Shown one piece after another: positions 17,900 to 28,672 of a stretch of DNA of 64,000 bases (position 1 is its first letter; the number at the start of each line of letters is the position of its first letter). The notes beneath the pieces are model-generated. The model was not told the DNA's origin and did no database searches. It saw nothing but the letters and a program-made list of their open reading frames with translations. The stretch is from an uncultured Nitrospiraceae bacterium (GTDB lineage Bacteria > Nitrospirota > Nitrospiria > Nitrospirales > Nitrospiraceae): assembly GCA_963846575.1 (NCBI GenBank), contig CAWJWJ010000001.1, positions 160,001 to 224,000 on the forward strand, given 5' to 3'. Position numbers and translations under genes: made by a program.

Positions 17900-19481
17900 C
17901 CTCACCGGACCGCAACATCAGCTGACTGTGCTGCCGCCACCCCGGGCGGTTCGCCTTCGCATAATCCGACCGGTAATGTGCCCCGACGCTATTCTCTCTC
18001 CAGAGGGCGGCATCCGTAACACAGCGCGCCACTTGCATCATATTTTTCACCTCGAGCGCCGCCCGGGAGGCGAAGGGTTTCGTCAGGAGCCGCATCCAGC
18101 GCGCAAGTTGAGCAGAGGCACTGATCAACGAATCTCCAGACCGAACCAGGCCCACCTTCCCCCACATCAGGCGGCGAAGAGAACTCCTGAGTTTCTCAGG
18201 ATCATCGAGCTCTGTTGGCCGCCCCCGTTCCAATTCGTACACCGAAGGCATATGGGCGGGCCCCGCGAAAGTCCCCGCATGTGCCACCGCTGCTTGCGCC
18301 GCACGCATTCCGAAGACCAGGCCCTCGAGCAATGAATTGCTGGCCAAGCGATTCGCCCCATGAACTCCGCTACAGGCGACCTCGCCGGCAGCAAACAGCC
18401 CGGGGAGCGTCGTGGCACCCGTCAGATCCGTCCATACTCCACCCATCATGTAATGCGCACTGGGCGATACCGGGATCCACTCTTCGGTCATGTCGATGTC
18501 GTAGCGCAGACAGGTCCCATAAATGGTAGGAAATCGGCGTTTGACAAAAGCCGCCCCCAGATGGGTCACATCGAGATACACATGACGGGCGCGGGTTGCC
18601 GCCATCTCGGACCAGATCGCCCGCGACACCACATCCCTCGGCGCCAATGCACCATCCGGGTGATACCGGTGCATGAACAACTCTCCCTTGATATTCCGCA
18701 GTTGCCCACCTTCTCCGCGAATAGCTTCCGACAAGAGAAATGGCGGACTCGACGGGAGGTAGAGGGAGGTGGGATGAAACTGTACAAATTCCATGTCCAT
18801 CAACAACGCCCCGGCCCGCAGCGCCATCGCCATCCCGTCACCCGTGGCATTACCCGGATTGGTCGTCCGGGCATAGACCTGTCCGGCTCCACCGGTGGAC
18901 AGGACCACGGCGCTGGCCGGCAAGGCCGTTCGCTCGCCCGACAGCTCATTAAGGACGATGGCGCCGCAGCAGCGGCCGTCGATGACCACCAGGTCCACCG
19001 TAAACCGCCGGTCCAATCGCTGAATGCGCGGCTGCCTGGTCGCATGGGTCATCAGCGCACGCACCATTTCATTGCCCGTGGCGTCGCCGCGGGCACGCAG
19101 GATGCGACTTCGGCTATGTGCCGCTTCACGCGTGAAGGCAAAGCGCTTTCCGATTTTGTCGAACTTCGCGCCCCACGCGATCAACTCCTGGATCCGATCC
19201 GGCCCCTCTTCCACCAACACCCTTACGGCTTCGCGACGGCAGAGCCCATGGCCGGCTTTCAGGGTGTCCGTCAGGTGGCTCCCGACATCATCTTCTTCGC
19301 TCAGCGCGACCGCGACCCCACCCTGGGCAAACATGGAATTACTTTCCAAGGGGTGCCCCTTGGTCAACATCAAGACCCGGCCCACGCGGCTGAGTTCAAT
19401 CGCGGCCCGAAGTCCTGCTACGCCGCTCCCCACGACGAGAAAATCCGTTTCAATTTTCTGTGAGGACAGTCTCGCAGACAT
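17805..19481 (-). CDS. nadB: L-aspartate oxidase
   Basis: GSGVAG, AQGG, MEFVQFHPT, LSEAIRGEG, LAPRD, AHYMMGG, HGANRLASNSLLE; ATG 19481 overlaps the upstream stop (TAATG). Confidence 0.95.
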   Translation of the reverse strand: MSARLSSQKIETDFLVVGSGVAGLRAAIELSRVGRVLMLTKGHPLESNSMFAQGGVAVALSEEDDVGSHLTDTLKAGHGLCRREAVRVLVEEGPDRIQELIAWGAKFDKIGKRFAFTREAAHSRSRILRARGDATGNEMVRALMTHATRQPRIQRLDRRFTVDLVVIDGRCCGAIVLNELSGERTALPASAVVLSTGGAGQVYARTTNPGNATGDGMAMALRAGALLMDMEFVQFHPTSLYLPSSPPFLLSEAIRGEGGQLRNIKGELFMHRYHPDGALAPRDVVSRAIWSEMAATRARHVYLDVTHLGAAFVKRRFPTIYGTCLRYDIDMTEEWIPVSPSAHYMMGGVWTDLTGATTLPGLFAAGEVACSGVHGANRLASNSLLEGLVFGMRAAQAAVAHAGTFAGPAHMPSVYELERGRPTELDDPEKLRSSLRRLMWGKVGLVRSGDSLISASAQLARWMRLLTKPFASRAALEVKNMMQVARCVTDAALWRENSVGAHYRSDYAKANRPGWRQHSQLMLRSGEATGTKLREQDLVCAPRVPVSGTAVTKHAGHS

Positions 19482-19999
19482 TACTGAGGGTTGGCCTGGC
19501 CGCGGGCAGGCTCCTCGCTCAGGCTCGCCCGCATGCCCATCCCGAATGGCAGATCGCCCTGTGCTTCTCGCAGAAGAATCGATTGCGTGCCGACCCAGCC
19601 CAACCGCCCATGGCCCCGTTGATGTATGCCGATATCGGCAGGATCCCGTTTCCACAGACCCTGCCAATGGACAAAGACGTCGATGTTCTCACCCTCAATG
19701 AGGATACGCTCGATTGAAAATTCCAGCTCGATGTCACGAAACGTGTCGAAGTCACTATAAATCTCTCGTTGAATTTGGTCGAGGTTTCCGGACGGCAAGA
19801 GCAGCGCCTCCACCTCCTTCCGGTCCCGCTCCACATACGATTTTCGTAAAGACTCGACCGCTTGGTCGATGCGGAGAATGCGGTCGTGATCTTCCTTGTA
19901 CTGAATGGTTTTCGCGGCACATCCAATGGACAACACGAGCAGGAGACCCAAGAGGAGACGACTGCAATGCAGGATGCCCGTCGAGCAAATTTTTAGCAT
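19481..19999 (-). CDS. Hypothetical lipoprotein (NTF2/SnoaL-like pattern)
   Basis: Lipobox-like LSIGC after a hydrophobic stretch; translationally coupled to nadB. Confidence 0.7.
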   Translation of the reverse strand: MLKICSTGILHCSRLLLGLLLVLSIGCAAKTIQYKEDHDRILRIDQAVESLRKSYVERDRKEVEALLLPSGNLDQIQREIYSDFDTFRDIELEFSIERILIEGENIDVFVHWQGLWKRDPADIGIHQRGHGRLGWVGTQSILLREAQGDLPFGMGMRASLSEEPARGQANPQ

Positions 20000-20186
20000 G
20001 GCGCAGTATAGGAATCTTGACGGAATGAGGTCAAGCCGAGCGCCTCTCCGCACACACGCTCACAGCCTTCAAGTCGCCGCGTGCAGGGCGTTCAAAACGA
20101 CGGACAACCGCCCCGACATAATCTTGGCTTGCTTTTTGGAGTGAAAGCCACTAGACTCCCGCGCCTAGCAGTTGGAGATTGAACGT

Positions 20187-20282
20187 ATGGCGAGTGTCCT
20201 CAAGAAACGCCGGAAGAAGATGCGCAAGCACAAGTATAAGAAGTTGCGCCGGCGTCAGAAATTCTTGCGTCGCAAGAGCTGA
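20187..20282 (+). CDS. AURKAIP1/COX24-domain small basic protein (bS22/mS38-like ribosomal protein)
   Basis: MASVLKKRRKKMRKHKYKKLRRRQKFLRRKS with GGAG SD; matches the family pattern SV.KKRRKKM.KHK. Confidence 0.88.
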   Translation: MASVLKKRRKKMRKHKYKKLRRRQKFLRRKS

Positions 20283-20313
20283 GCTCATCACGACATAATG
20301 GACGGAGGGATCC

Positions 20314-20532
20314 GTGCCCGAGGGGAAAAAAGTTCGCATCCGCGTTCGAACGGTGAACTGCATCTATGTCGGGGATTTTCTCATCCCGCCCATGCGTAAT
20401 CGCGTGTCGGACGCGATCAACGAAGAGCAGCGGCTGTTCATCAGCTTGACTGACGTGTTGATCAACGACAAGGAGCGGTCCGACTTCGTCGCGATCAACA
20501 AGAACTTGATCGAGTCGATCGCCCAGCTTTAG
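20314..20532 (+). CDS. Small conserved hypothetical protein (DUF6812-like)
   Basis: GGAGGG SD; RVSDAIN...FISLTD...FVAINK pattern. Confidence 0.65.
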   Translation: MPEGKKVRIRVRTVNCIYVGDFLIPPMRNRVSDAINEEQRLFISLTDVLINDKERSDFVAINKNLIESIAQL

Positions 20533-20634
20533 CACGGCCCCCACCTCATCGCGAAAGGCGCATCGTATTCGTCCACCGCAGGCCACGCGATCCGCTGCCC
20601 ACGTGCCCCCGCTGAAACGATTGTCGTAACACAC

Positions 20635-22368
20635 ATGTTTTCGTTTAAACGATTCTTTCCTTTTCTCAAGCCCTACTTCCCCCGCATGATCGCCGCCGCC
20701 GTGATGGTGATGGTGGTGGCAGCCATCAACCTGGCCCTGCTCCGACTGGCGGGATCGCTGTGGGATGTCATCACCGTTCAGCATGATGCGCAGCGCATGA
20801 CGGAGATGATCCTGCTGTTTTTAGGTCTCGTGCTGGTGCAGGGATTTTGTTCGATGGGGCACAGTTACCTGACATCCTGGGTCTCGCAACGCGTGATGGC
20901 GGACTTCCGGACACACCTGTTCGCCCATCTTCAAACGCTGTCCGTCAACTTTTTTTCGAAGCGCCGGACGGGTGAACTGATGTCCCGTCTTATGAACGAT
21001 GTCACCGTGATTCAAAACGTGGTGACCGATACGCCGATCGATGCGGCCAAACAAGTCGTGACCTTCATCGGCGGCGCGGGCTTCCTGTTCGCAATGAACT
21101 GGCGTCTTTGCCTGCTGATTCTGATCCTGCTTCCCCTGTTGGTTGTGGTGGCCAAACTCTTCGGCCGGCGGTTGCGCGCGCTGTCGACCACCATCCAGGA
21201 TCAGACCGCCTCCGTGAGTACGCTGGTGGAGGAGGTGATCGCGGGAATCCGCGTGGTGAAATCTTTCGTCCAGGGTAAACGTGAGGAACAACGATTCGTC
21301 GGCCAGGTGCAACGCGCGATGCAACTGGCGCTCCGCCGCGCTACGATCATGGCGATGTTCGTGCCAACGATCACTTTTGTCACGTTTGCCGCCGCTGCGG
21401 CCGTGTTGTGGTATGGCGGGCAACAGGTCATCGACGGCAGTGTATCGCCCGGCGACCTCTTCGCATTCGTCTTGTTTGCGGGCATCCTGATCGGCCCCTT
21501 TGGTTCCGCAGCCCGGGTATTCGCCCAAATCAAAGAAGCTCAGGGCGCCATGCAACGCGTCTTTGAAATCCTCGATACCCATGCTGAAATCGCCGATGTG
21601 CCGGGCGCCGTGGAGTTGCCCCCTGTTCAGGGGCACGTCCGCGCGGAAGGCATCACTTTCGCCTACGACGACAGACAGCCGGTGCTTTCCGATGTCTCCT
21701 TCGAAGCCAAACCCGGCGAACTCATTGCCATCGTAGGCCCGACCGGCTCAGGCAAAACGACGATCATCAATCTCCTTCACCGGTTTTACGACCCGACAGC
21801 CGGGCGGCTCACGGTCGACGGGCACGACGTGCGGGACGTACGGCTCGACAGCCTCTACCGGCAGATTGCGCTGGTGCCACAGGAAACGATCCTGTTCGGC
21901 GGGTCGATCCGCGACAACATCCGGTACGGGCGGGAGGACGCGCCCGAGCAGGACATCCTCGCCGCGAGCCAGGCCGCACATGCCCATGAGTTCATCGTGG
22001 GATTTCCGGACGGCTATGAGACGATCGTCGGAGAGAAAGGCATCAATCTATCAGGCGGCCAACGGCAACGCGTGGCGATTGCGCGAGCCATTTTGAAAAA
22101 TCCGCGGATTCTCCTCCTCGACGAGGCAACCTCCGCGCTGGATACCGAATCGGAACGGTTGGTGCAGCAGGCGCTGGAGCGTCTCATGGTCGACCGCACC
22201 ACCTTCGTCGTGGCCCATCGACTCAGTACAATTCAGCGTGCCGACCGCATCCTGGTCCTGAACAAGGGAAAGATCGTGGAGGAAGGCACCCACGCCGCGC
22301 TACTGGAGCGGCAAGGGCTCTATCATTACCTCTACACCTTGCGACTCACTGCTGAGCTGCCGGTTTAA
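20635..22368 (+). CDS. MsbA-like ABC exporter (TMD + NBD)
   Basis: Six-TM domain, GPTGSGKT, LSGGQRQR, LLLDEATSALD. Confidence 0.93.
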   Translation: MFSFKRFFPFLKPYFPRMIAAAVMVMVVAAINLALLRLAGSLWDVITVQHDAQRMTEMILLFLGLVLVQGFCSMGHSYLTSWVSQRVMADFRTHLFAHLQTLSVNFFSKRRTGELMSRLMNDVTVIQNVVTDTPIDAAKQVVTFIGGAGFLFAMNWRLCLLILILLPLLVVVAKLFGRRLRALSTTIQDQTASVSTLVEEVIAGIRVVKSFVQGKREEQRFVGQVQRAMQLALRRATIMAMFVPTITFVTFAAAAAVLWYGGQQVIDGSVSPGDLFAFVLFAGILIGPFGSAARVFAQIKEAQGAMQRVFEILDTHAEIADVPGAVELPPVQGHVRAEGITFAYDDRQPVLSDVSFEAKPGELIAIVGPTGSGKTTIINLLHRFYDPTAGRLTVDGHDVRDVRLDSLYRQIALVPQETILFGGSIRDNIRYGREDAPEQDILAASQAAHAHEFIVGFPDGYETIVGEKGINLSGGQRQRVAIARAILKNPRILLLDEATSALDTESERLVQQALERLMVDRTTFVVAHRLSTIQRADRILVLNKGKIVEEGTHAALLERQGLYHYLYTLRLTAELPV

Positions 22369-22375
22369 CCACAGG

Positions 22376-23260
22376 GTGCCACTAATGACAACGCGCGTCC
22401 TCGCAGGTTTGATGCTGGGGTTCACGCTACTGTTTCCCCCCGGCGCTGTGGCCGCAGAGATATCCCTGCCTCGACCCGACCACATTGTCCTCGTCATTGA
22501 AGAAAATCATTCGTTCGGACAAATCATCGATTCACCTGCTGCCCCCTACCTGAATACGTTGATCCGAAACGGGGCACTGATGACTAATGCCTACGCGGTC
22601 ACCCATCCCAGCCAACCCAACTACCTGGCCCTTTTTGCCGGCTCCACCGAAGGCATTATCGCAAATAATTGTCCGCTCGTATTGACCGCCCCGAACCTTC
22701 GTAGCACCTTGGCCCAGGCAGGACGATCCTTCGTCGGCTATGCAGAGGATCTTCCTGCGGTCGGCTCGACGGATTGCATCGTCGCTTCGTACGTCCGCAA
22801 GCATAATCCCTGGGTGAATTGGCAGTCGTCCCCGACCAATCAAGTCCCTTCGAGCGAGAATCGTCCCTTTTCAGACTTTCCGAGGGACTTCACTACGCTG
22901 CCAACGCTCAGCATCATCATTCCCAATCAGCAGAACGATATGCACGACGGGAACGATCCGGATCGCATTCAAAGAGGCGACCAATGGTTGAAGACGCACC
23001 TGAGCCGCTATGTTCAGTGGGCCGAAACCCACAATAGCCTGCTGATCGTCACGTGGGATGAGGACGACAAGAGCTCGAACAACCGCGTTCCATTGCTTCT
23101 CGTGGGACCGATGGTACGTACGGGCCGTTACGATGAGAAGACCGATCATTACGGATTGGTCCGTACGATCACGGAGATGTATGGGGCACAACCGATCGGG
23201 CTCAGCCGGCAAGCCCGCCCGATCACCGGCATCTGGAACGACTCCGCTCCGGCCCGATAG
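22376..23260 (+). CDS. Secreted phosphoesterase/acid phosphatase (AcpA/SapM-like)
   Basis: Signal peptide, EENHS, HPSQPNY, RKHNP, NDMHD and TWDED motifs. Confidence 0.85.
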   Translation: MPLMTTRVLAGLMLGFTLLFPPGAVAAEISLPRPDHIVLVIEENHSFGQIIDSPAAPYLNTLIRNGALMTNAYAVTHPSQPNYLALFAGSTEGIIANNCPLVLTAPNLRSTLAQAGRSFVGYAEDLPAVGSTDCIVASYVRKHNPWVNWQSSPTNQVPSSENRPFSDFPRDFTTLPTLSIIIPNQQNDMHDGNDPDRIQRGDQWLKTHLSRYVQWAETHNSLLIVTWDEDDKSSNNRVPLLLVGPMVRTGRYDEKTDHYGLVRTITEMYGAQPIGLSRQARPITGIWNDSAPAR

Positions 23261-23735
23261 CGTGGGTGGCGGACGACTATCCGTTTCCGGACACATGCCT
23301 TCACAGTTCCCGACAACGACGGGGCCGCTCCCCCCACCATGAAACCCCACTTGTCGGCTGGAGGAGAAGCGCCTACGAAACCCGCTTAGCCCCAAGACTC
23401 AGCAGCCCCCCTCCGCAACAAGACGATCCATACAAGGCCCCACCGCATCCGGCCGGTCCTATCAAACCAGTAGGGAACTCTCCGAACGAACCCAGATCGT
23501 TCACGTCATCACTCAGCCTGACAACCTGCGGTCTGGAGTCCTGGCGATCCTCTTTCCTGCCTGATCTCCTCGATCCGGCATGCCTGCCTACTCGCAGGAC
23601 AGCGGGGACTCAACCCTGGCGAAAACTCTCCGATACAGTATTCACGAAGGACGGAGAAGCGGCCCTGGAGAGGGCATCATTCCTGTGGTGGGAACCCCCG
23701 TCGCTTGAGCCTCGCCCTGCTATAATTGGTGATGT

Positions 23736-24179
23736 ATGCCACGTTCCTCCTGGTCTGCTCCAAAACCCCTTCCCGAGAGCCTGCGCCGCAGTCTCAAGGA
23801 TCTACGTCACGGACTGCTGGGACTGCACAAATCGTTGATCGTCTCCGAGCAACTCACCTACGAACGTATCTATGGCCGCATCTCTTCCGCCGGACAGCTC
23901 CTGCAGCTCGTCATGAATGATCCGTGGTTCGCCTGGCTTCATCCCCTCTCGCACCTCGTCGTGCGCATTGATGTCGTGCTCGAGGATCAGGAGGACACGA
24001 CCGTCGAAGCCGCGCAGGAATTACTCGTAGAAGCTCGCGCCATGCTTCGTCCTTCCGAAGAAGGTGACGGGTTTGAACGCAGCTATTATGAGGCTCTGCA
24101 ACGGACGCCGGACGTCGTGTTGGCCCATGCCAGCGTAAAAAAACTCCTGAGCACAGCGTGCACCGCTGCCGCGGCCTGA
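23736..24179 (+). CDS. Conserved hypothetical helical protein
   Basis: LHKSL...YERIYG...DPWFAWLHPLS; extended -10 TGCTATAAT just upstream. Confidence 0.75.
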   Translation: MPRSSWSAPKPLPESLRRSLKDLRHGLLGLHKSLIVSEQLTYERIYGRISSAGQLLQLVMNDPWFAWLHPLSHLVVRIDVVLEDQEDTTVEAAQELLVEARAMLRPSEEGDGFERSYYEALQRTPDVVLAHASVKKLLSTACTAAAA

Positions 24180-24766
24180 TTTCTGATACTGCCATGTCGT
24201 TGGCCCAACCGGTGGATGGTGCAAGGACGCCGCGAATTGCCCTGGCGCGGCACCCACCTATAGTTCAGGCAATGGTCACACCCTTCTTTCAAATCAGAGA
24301 AGGCATCTCCTGCAGGTAATTCTCCACTGCCAACATCTGATCATCACACTCTCTTCCCTCCCAAATACCTCCGCAGGTGCGAGACCCTCGGGAATCTATG
24401 TTCACTCCACTGATCCAGTGCCTGGTCTGTGCATAGCCACCCCTTCACGTGAAGACCAGCTTCGCGCCCGAACACAAGGAGGACTCGCGACCGAATAGAT
24501 CCGCTGACCATCTCCCGGGGCAGAGACTCGCGTGCAGACCAGGACCGCGTTGGCTCTTGAGTGCCACTACTCACTTCAAGAACACCCAACTGTTTGCATA
24601 ACGTGGCACGAAGCCGCAGCCCCGCCCCTCATGCAACAGGAGCATGTTGCCGGGCTATGCCGAATTCGAGCTTTTGCTTTGGTCAATGCAGGGGGAGCGA
24701 TAGACTACAGCCAGCGTGTCTGCTGTCACTCGAAGGATAACGACCAGAGCAAGCATGATGGGATTG

Positions 24767-25741
24767 ATGAAATCCGTCCTGGCAGTATTGCTGGGTTACA
24801 GCATCCTGTTCGGCAGCCTCGCCCTGGCTGAACAGCCCCAACGCATGGTCGCAGTCGCTCTTATCGATAAGCCGTGGGCGGTCGCGCTGGATATCACCGG
24901 CTACACCATTCGCCTCGATGGGGTTCTAGCGGATGGACGCCGCTACTTCCTTGCAGAGGACACCGAAACAGCCATCACTGTGTCCATTACGCTGGGATCG
25001 GCGAGAGGCCAGGACACCGCGCAAGGATGCCCGACCCGGCTTCAACAGATCGCGCAGGCTTCAACCGGTAGATCTGGCCTGCCCCTCACACAGCATGATG
25101 TCCCGAAGATGTCCGTGATCGAATATTCAGACCCCGGGGCGAGCGGGTCGAATGGGGGTCAGTTCCACCTGTTCGCGTGCACCGGAAAAGATGACGTCTT
25201 GACCGACATTCACATTTCAAAAACGGGGTTCCGGTCCGGCAATGAGACGGTGCTGCGGGGGATCCTCGACACTCTCGATTTCGTCCCCGCTCCGGCAGCC
25301 AGCAGTCTTGATCATTTTCGTGCGGGCAGTGCGCCCTACCTTCAGGGGAGGTATGCGCTCGCGATCCCCTACTATGAACAGGCACTCGCACTCGAACAAT
25401 CCAACCCCGCACTCGATAAGGGGCTCTGGCGGCTGCTCGTCCATAACCTGGGAACGGCCTATCGCATGACTGGAGACCTTCCTCAGGCAAGAAACATATT
25501 CGAGTATGGCCTTACACAAGACCTTGCAAATCCTCTCTTCCACTACCTCCTCGCGCAAATCTATGCGGGGCTGAACGACCGGGAGCATGCGATGCAATCA
25601 CTCCACGCAGCCTTCCACAATCGTGCGACGAGAGGGAGCGAAAGCTTGCCCGACCCGCGACAGGATGGCTCCTTCAGGCGGTTGATGCTGGACCCTTCCT
25701 TCAGACATCTGGCTGAGAGCCTCATGCAGCCCGCAATTTGA
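24767..25741 (+). CDS. Exported TPR-repeat protein
   Basis: Signal peptide (SLALA), C-terminal TPR helices (HNLGTAY, YLLAQIYA). Confidence 0.75.
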   Translation: MKSVLAVLLGYSILFGSLALAEQPQRMVAVALIDKPWAVALDITGYTIRLDGVLADGRRYFLAEDTETAITVSITLGSARGQDTAQGCPTRLQQIAQASTGRSGLPLTQHDVPKMSVIEYSDPGASGSNGGQFHLFACTGKDDVLTDIHISKTGFRSGNETVLRGILDTLDFVPAPAASSLDHFRAGSAPYLQGRYALAIPYYEQALALEQSNPALDKGLWRLLVHNLGTAYRMTGDLPQARNIFEYGLTQDLANPLFHYLLAQIYAGLNDREHAMQSLHAAFHNRATRGSESLPDPRQDGSFRRLMLDPSFRHLAESLMQPAI

Positions 25742-25932
25742 TCGCACCAACCCGCACGTGTGAGTCCGCTCCCACAGCCAAATCCTTGGTCCTTGTTCCC
25801 ACGTGCGCTTTAAAACGCCTGGAAACAGGTTGCTCTTCCCCCCCGTCCTTCGAGGTACTGCCTCAGGGTCTTATTCAATCAGCCTATCGTTGGTACTGTT
25901 GAACAGGGTTGAATAACGAAAGGGGATCTCCG

Positions 25933-26304
25933 ATGTCGAAAAGACGGGATACCAGGGTTGAGATGAATCGACCGGTCGAGCTCAAGGGTTCAATCGGCAC
26001 CCTCCGGGGTATCGTGCGGGACTTCTCTCCTCGAGGCTGTTGCGTCCATTTGGAAGAGAGAAATGTTGTTCACTGCGGACTGCGAGTGACGCTGCGGATT
26101 TCACTGCCGGATCGCATGGAACCGGTCGAGGTCACACCTGCCATTGTCACATGGACGCATGAGCAGGCGTTTGGCGTCGAGTTCTTCACCACCTCCCAAG
26201 CCACTCGGGCTCGATTGAAGGAGGTGTATGATCAACTTTTGGAAGCCCAGACAGTGGAAGCTCCGATACGGGTAATTTCTCTTCCCGCGTTTGCCATGCA
26301 ATAG
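25933..26304 (+). CDS. Single-domain PilZ protein
   Basis: RRDTR (RxxxR) and DFSPRG (DxSxxG) c-di-GMP motifs; FGVEF. Confidence 0.85.
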   Translation: MSKRRDTRVEMNRPVELKGSIGTLRGIVRDFSPRGCCVHLEERNVVHCGLRVTLRISLPDRMEPVEVTPAIVTWTHEQAFGVEFFTTSQATRARLKEVYDQLLEAQTVEAPIRVISLPAFAMQ

Positions 26305-26362
26305 GTTGCAGAGCAACCCGCGTCCTATGAACCACTTTCACGTCCCTCACTCCAAATGGGAT

Positions 26363-26391
26363 CAACGGCGCCGCACCTCACGGCGCCGTTG
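26363..26391. terminator. Perfect 11-bp hairpin between convergent genes
   Basis: CAACGGCGCCG-cacctca-CGGCGCCGTTG; no U-tract, so a terminator role is uncertain. Confidence 0.4.
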
Positions 26392-26529
26392 TCAGAATCG
26401 TACAGCGAGAACTTCAGCATCTGTTCAGAGGTTCTGTTGTGCAGGAAGACAACCACAGCATGACATCGCGTGCTGGAAAGGCGGTGGAAGGTCGCCAAGG
26501 ATGTCCCGGCGAAGGCGAGAGGGAACTCG

Positions 26530-28050
26530 TCACGAAGCAGACGGAGATGACAGCAGAAGTTCCGCAACCTTTTCGACCAGTGCCTGGGGAAGGAACGGTT
26601 TCTGAAGATAGGCGGACTCGGCGTCCACTCCATGTGCCACCAACATGTCTCCAGCATATCCAGAGATATAGAGGACCTTGATTCCCGGAAACATAGTTTT
26701 CGCTCCTTGCACGAGCACCGCTGCTTTCATTCTCGGCAGGATCACATCAGTGATCAACAAGTCACACCCGCTTTTCCGCACTTGTAACGTCTGCAAGGCT
26801 TCAACGCCGTCGGTCGCCGCCAACACTTCATAACCCTGGTCACGGAGCACCGCCGCCACCAATCGTCGTATTCCTTCGTCATCTTCCACCAGGAGAATGG
26901 TGGCGCAAGTCGCCGGCAGAGATTGCACAGTCGCCACCGGGGCGGCCTCGGACTGTCGGCTGAGAACCCGCGGCAACATCACGGTGAACCTGGTGCCTCG
27001 GCACGGTTGACTGGCGACCTCGATGTACCCCCGATTCTCCTTCACGATGCCGTAGACCGTGGCAAGCCCCAACCCTGTCCCCCCGTAGGATTCCTTGGTG
27101 CTGAAAAACGGCTCAAAGATATGTGCAAGGGTCTCGGCCTCGATCCCGCATCCGGTATCTTCCACCAGCAGCCTGACGTAGGGTCCTGGAACTGCGCCTG
27201 GATGCGCCACAGCATAGGCTTCATCCAGATCAACGTTGCCGGTCTCAATGGTCAGTATGCCTCCATCGGCCATGGCATCGCGGGCGTTGAGCGCCAGATT
27301 GAGGAGCACCTGTTCTACCTGCACGGAATCACCCAGGACATGCCCTGCCTGGGGATCCAGGACCATGACCGTTTGAATCTGCTCGCCGATCAACCGACGC
27401 AGAATGTCCTCCATGTCGCGAATCAAGGTATTCAGCGGCACATCTCGCTGCTCCAGCACTTGGCGGCGGCTGAACGTGAGCAACTTCTTCGTGAGGGCCG
27501 CGGCCCTGGACCCCGCCTGTCCGATCACTTCGACTTCATGGTGGCATGGATGGTTGCCCAGTTGCTGCGCGACCCGCTGCGCATGGCCGATCACGACCAT
27601 GAGCAGATTGTTGAAATCATGCGCGATGCCGGCCGCCAGGCGCCCCAGGGCTTCCATCTTCTGTGACTGCCGCACACTCTGTTCATCCTGTTTGCGCCTG
27701 GTCAGGTCCACAATCGTTTCAATAATATGCACACGCCCGTCCCTCGTCGGCGCCTTCGCCCAGTGCACCAGGAGATGGCGGCCATTGGGCATCTCCACCT
27801 CCTCGGACACCACTCCCTCATGGGACAACGCCTCCGACATACGGCAGAATCCGCATGGGCTATCCTGTGCGGCGATCTTTTGATGACAGCTGGCACCGGC
27901 AATATTGCCAAACGCCGCCAGAGAGGTGCGGTTTTGAAACTGCACCGTATAATTTGCCGGATCGATGACCGAGATAATGACAGGTTGTGAATCGAGCAGG
28001 ACCTGCGGATCGTAAGCAGGATGGTTGGACGGCTTCGTGGAACCAGCCAT
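26530..28050 (-). CDS. PAS-HisKA-HATPase-REC hybrid sensor kinase (CckA-like)
   Basis: QKMEALGRLAAGIAHDFNN, NARDAM, GTGLGL, receiver LLITDVILP. Confidence 0.93.
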   Translation of the reverse strand: MAGSTKPSNHPAYDPQVLLDSQPVIISVIDPANYTVQFQNRTSLAAFGNIAGASCHQKIAAQDSPCGFCRMSEALSHEGVVSEEVEMPNGRHLLVHWAKAPTRDGRVHIIETIVDLTRRKQDEQSVRQSQKMEALGRLAAGIAHDFNNLLMVVIGHAQRVAQQLGNHPCHHEVEVIGQAGSRAAALTKKLLTFSRRQVLEQRDVPLNTLIRDMEDILRRLIGEQIQTVMVLDPQAGHVLGDSVQVEQVLLNLALNARDAMADGGILTIETGNVDLDEAYAVAHPGAVPGPYVRLLVEDTGCGIEAETLAHIFEPFFSTKESYGGTGLGLATVYGIVKENRGYIEVASQPCRGTRFTVMLPRVLSRQSEAAPVATVQSLPATCATILLVEDDEGIRRLVAAVLRDQGYEVLAATDGVEALQTLQVRKSGCDLLITDVILPRMKAAVLVQGAKTMFPGIKVLYISGYAGDMLVAHGVDAESAYLQKPFLPQALVEKVAELLLSSPSAS

Positions 28051-28672
28051 GGCGTCCTCAGGCGTACGAAGTAAATAACGAAGAAGACGAATCAATCCTC
28101 CTATTGGTTTTACTACATCACTTTACACAGTCAAGGAGATGCTGGATTGCATAAGAAGGTTCTCCCGGCCGTCTGCGATGGCATGGTAACCGAGAAACGG
28201 GCTGCGGGTGCCTGGCATCCACTATCCGTCCGGTTTTCCCCTGTGTTTGAGCCCTTCAGGAGGGCGCGAGCCAGGATGAACCGGGAAACCGTCAGCGCAT
28301 CGCCGCGAGTTGAACCAAACCAGAGGAATGAAGCGAGCGGTCATACAAGCACGCGGAGGCGAGAATTTGAGTCAGCAGCCTTCTGGATCGGGAGGGCGGT
28401 TCACTGCAATTTCATCTTGGCAGCTGCATTGGGCCACCTGCCGCTTCCCGGCTCAGCTGTAGTCACTTCGACCTGCGGACCCCCGAGTAGGCAACCCACA
28501 TCAACCCCGCCGAGCCCTCAGAACGGCAGGGAAGTAGGCCTACAGGCGGCCCCTGTTTCACGCGAACGGCAGGCCGATAGCAGCGTTTTGCCACGTGACC
28601 GGTGGGGCGGGGGAGGTGAGATGCCACAGGTGGCCAATCGGCCCGAAGAGTCCCCCACTCTATACTTCCGTC

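Noticed and set aside
23266..23838. 190-aa intergenic ORF
   Set aside because: Pro/Ser/Arg-rich, no SD or motif, overlaps the real gene at 23736
24604..24618. TGGCAC...GCA sigma54-like site upstream of the TPR gene
   Set aside because: GG-N9-GC spacing is one base short of the strict requirement
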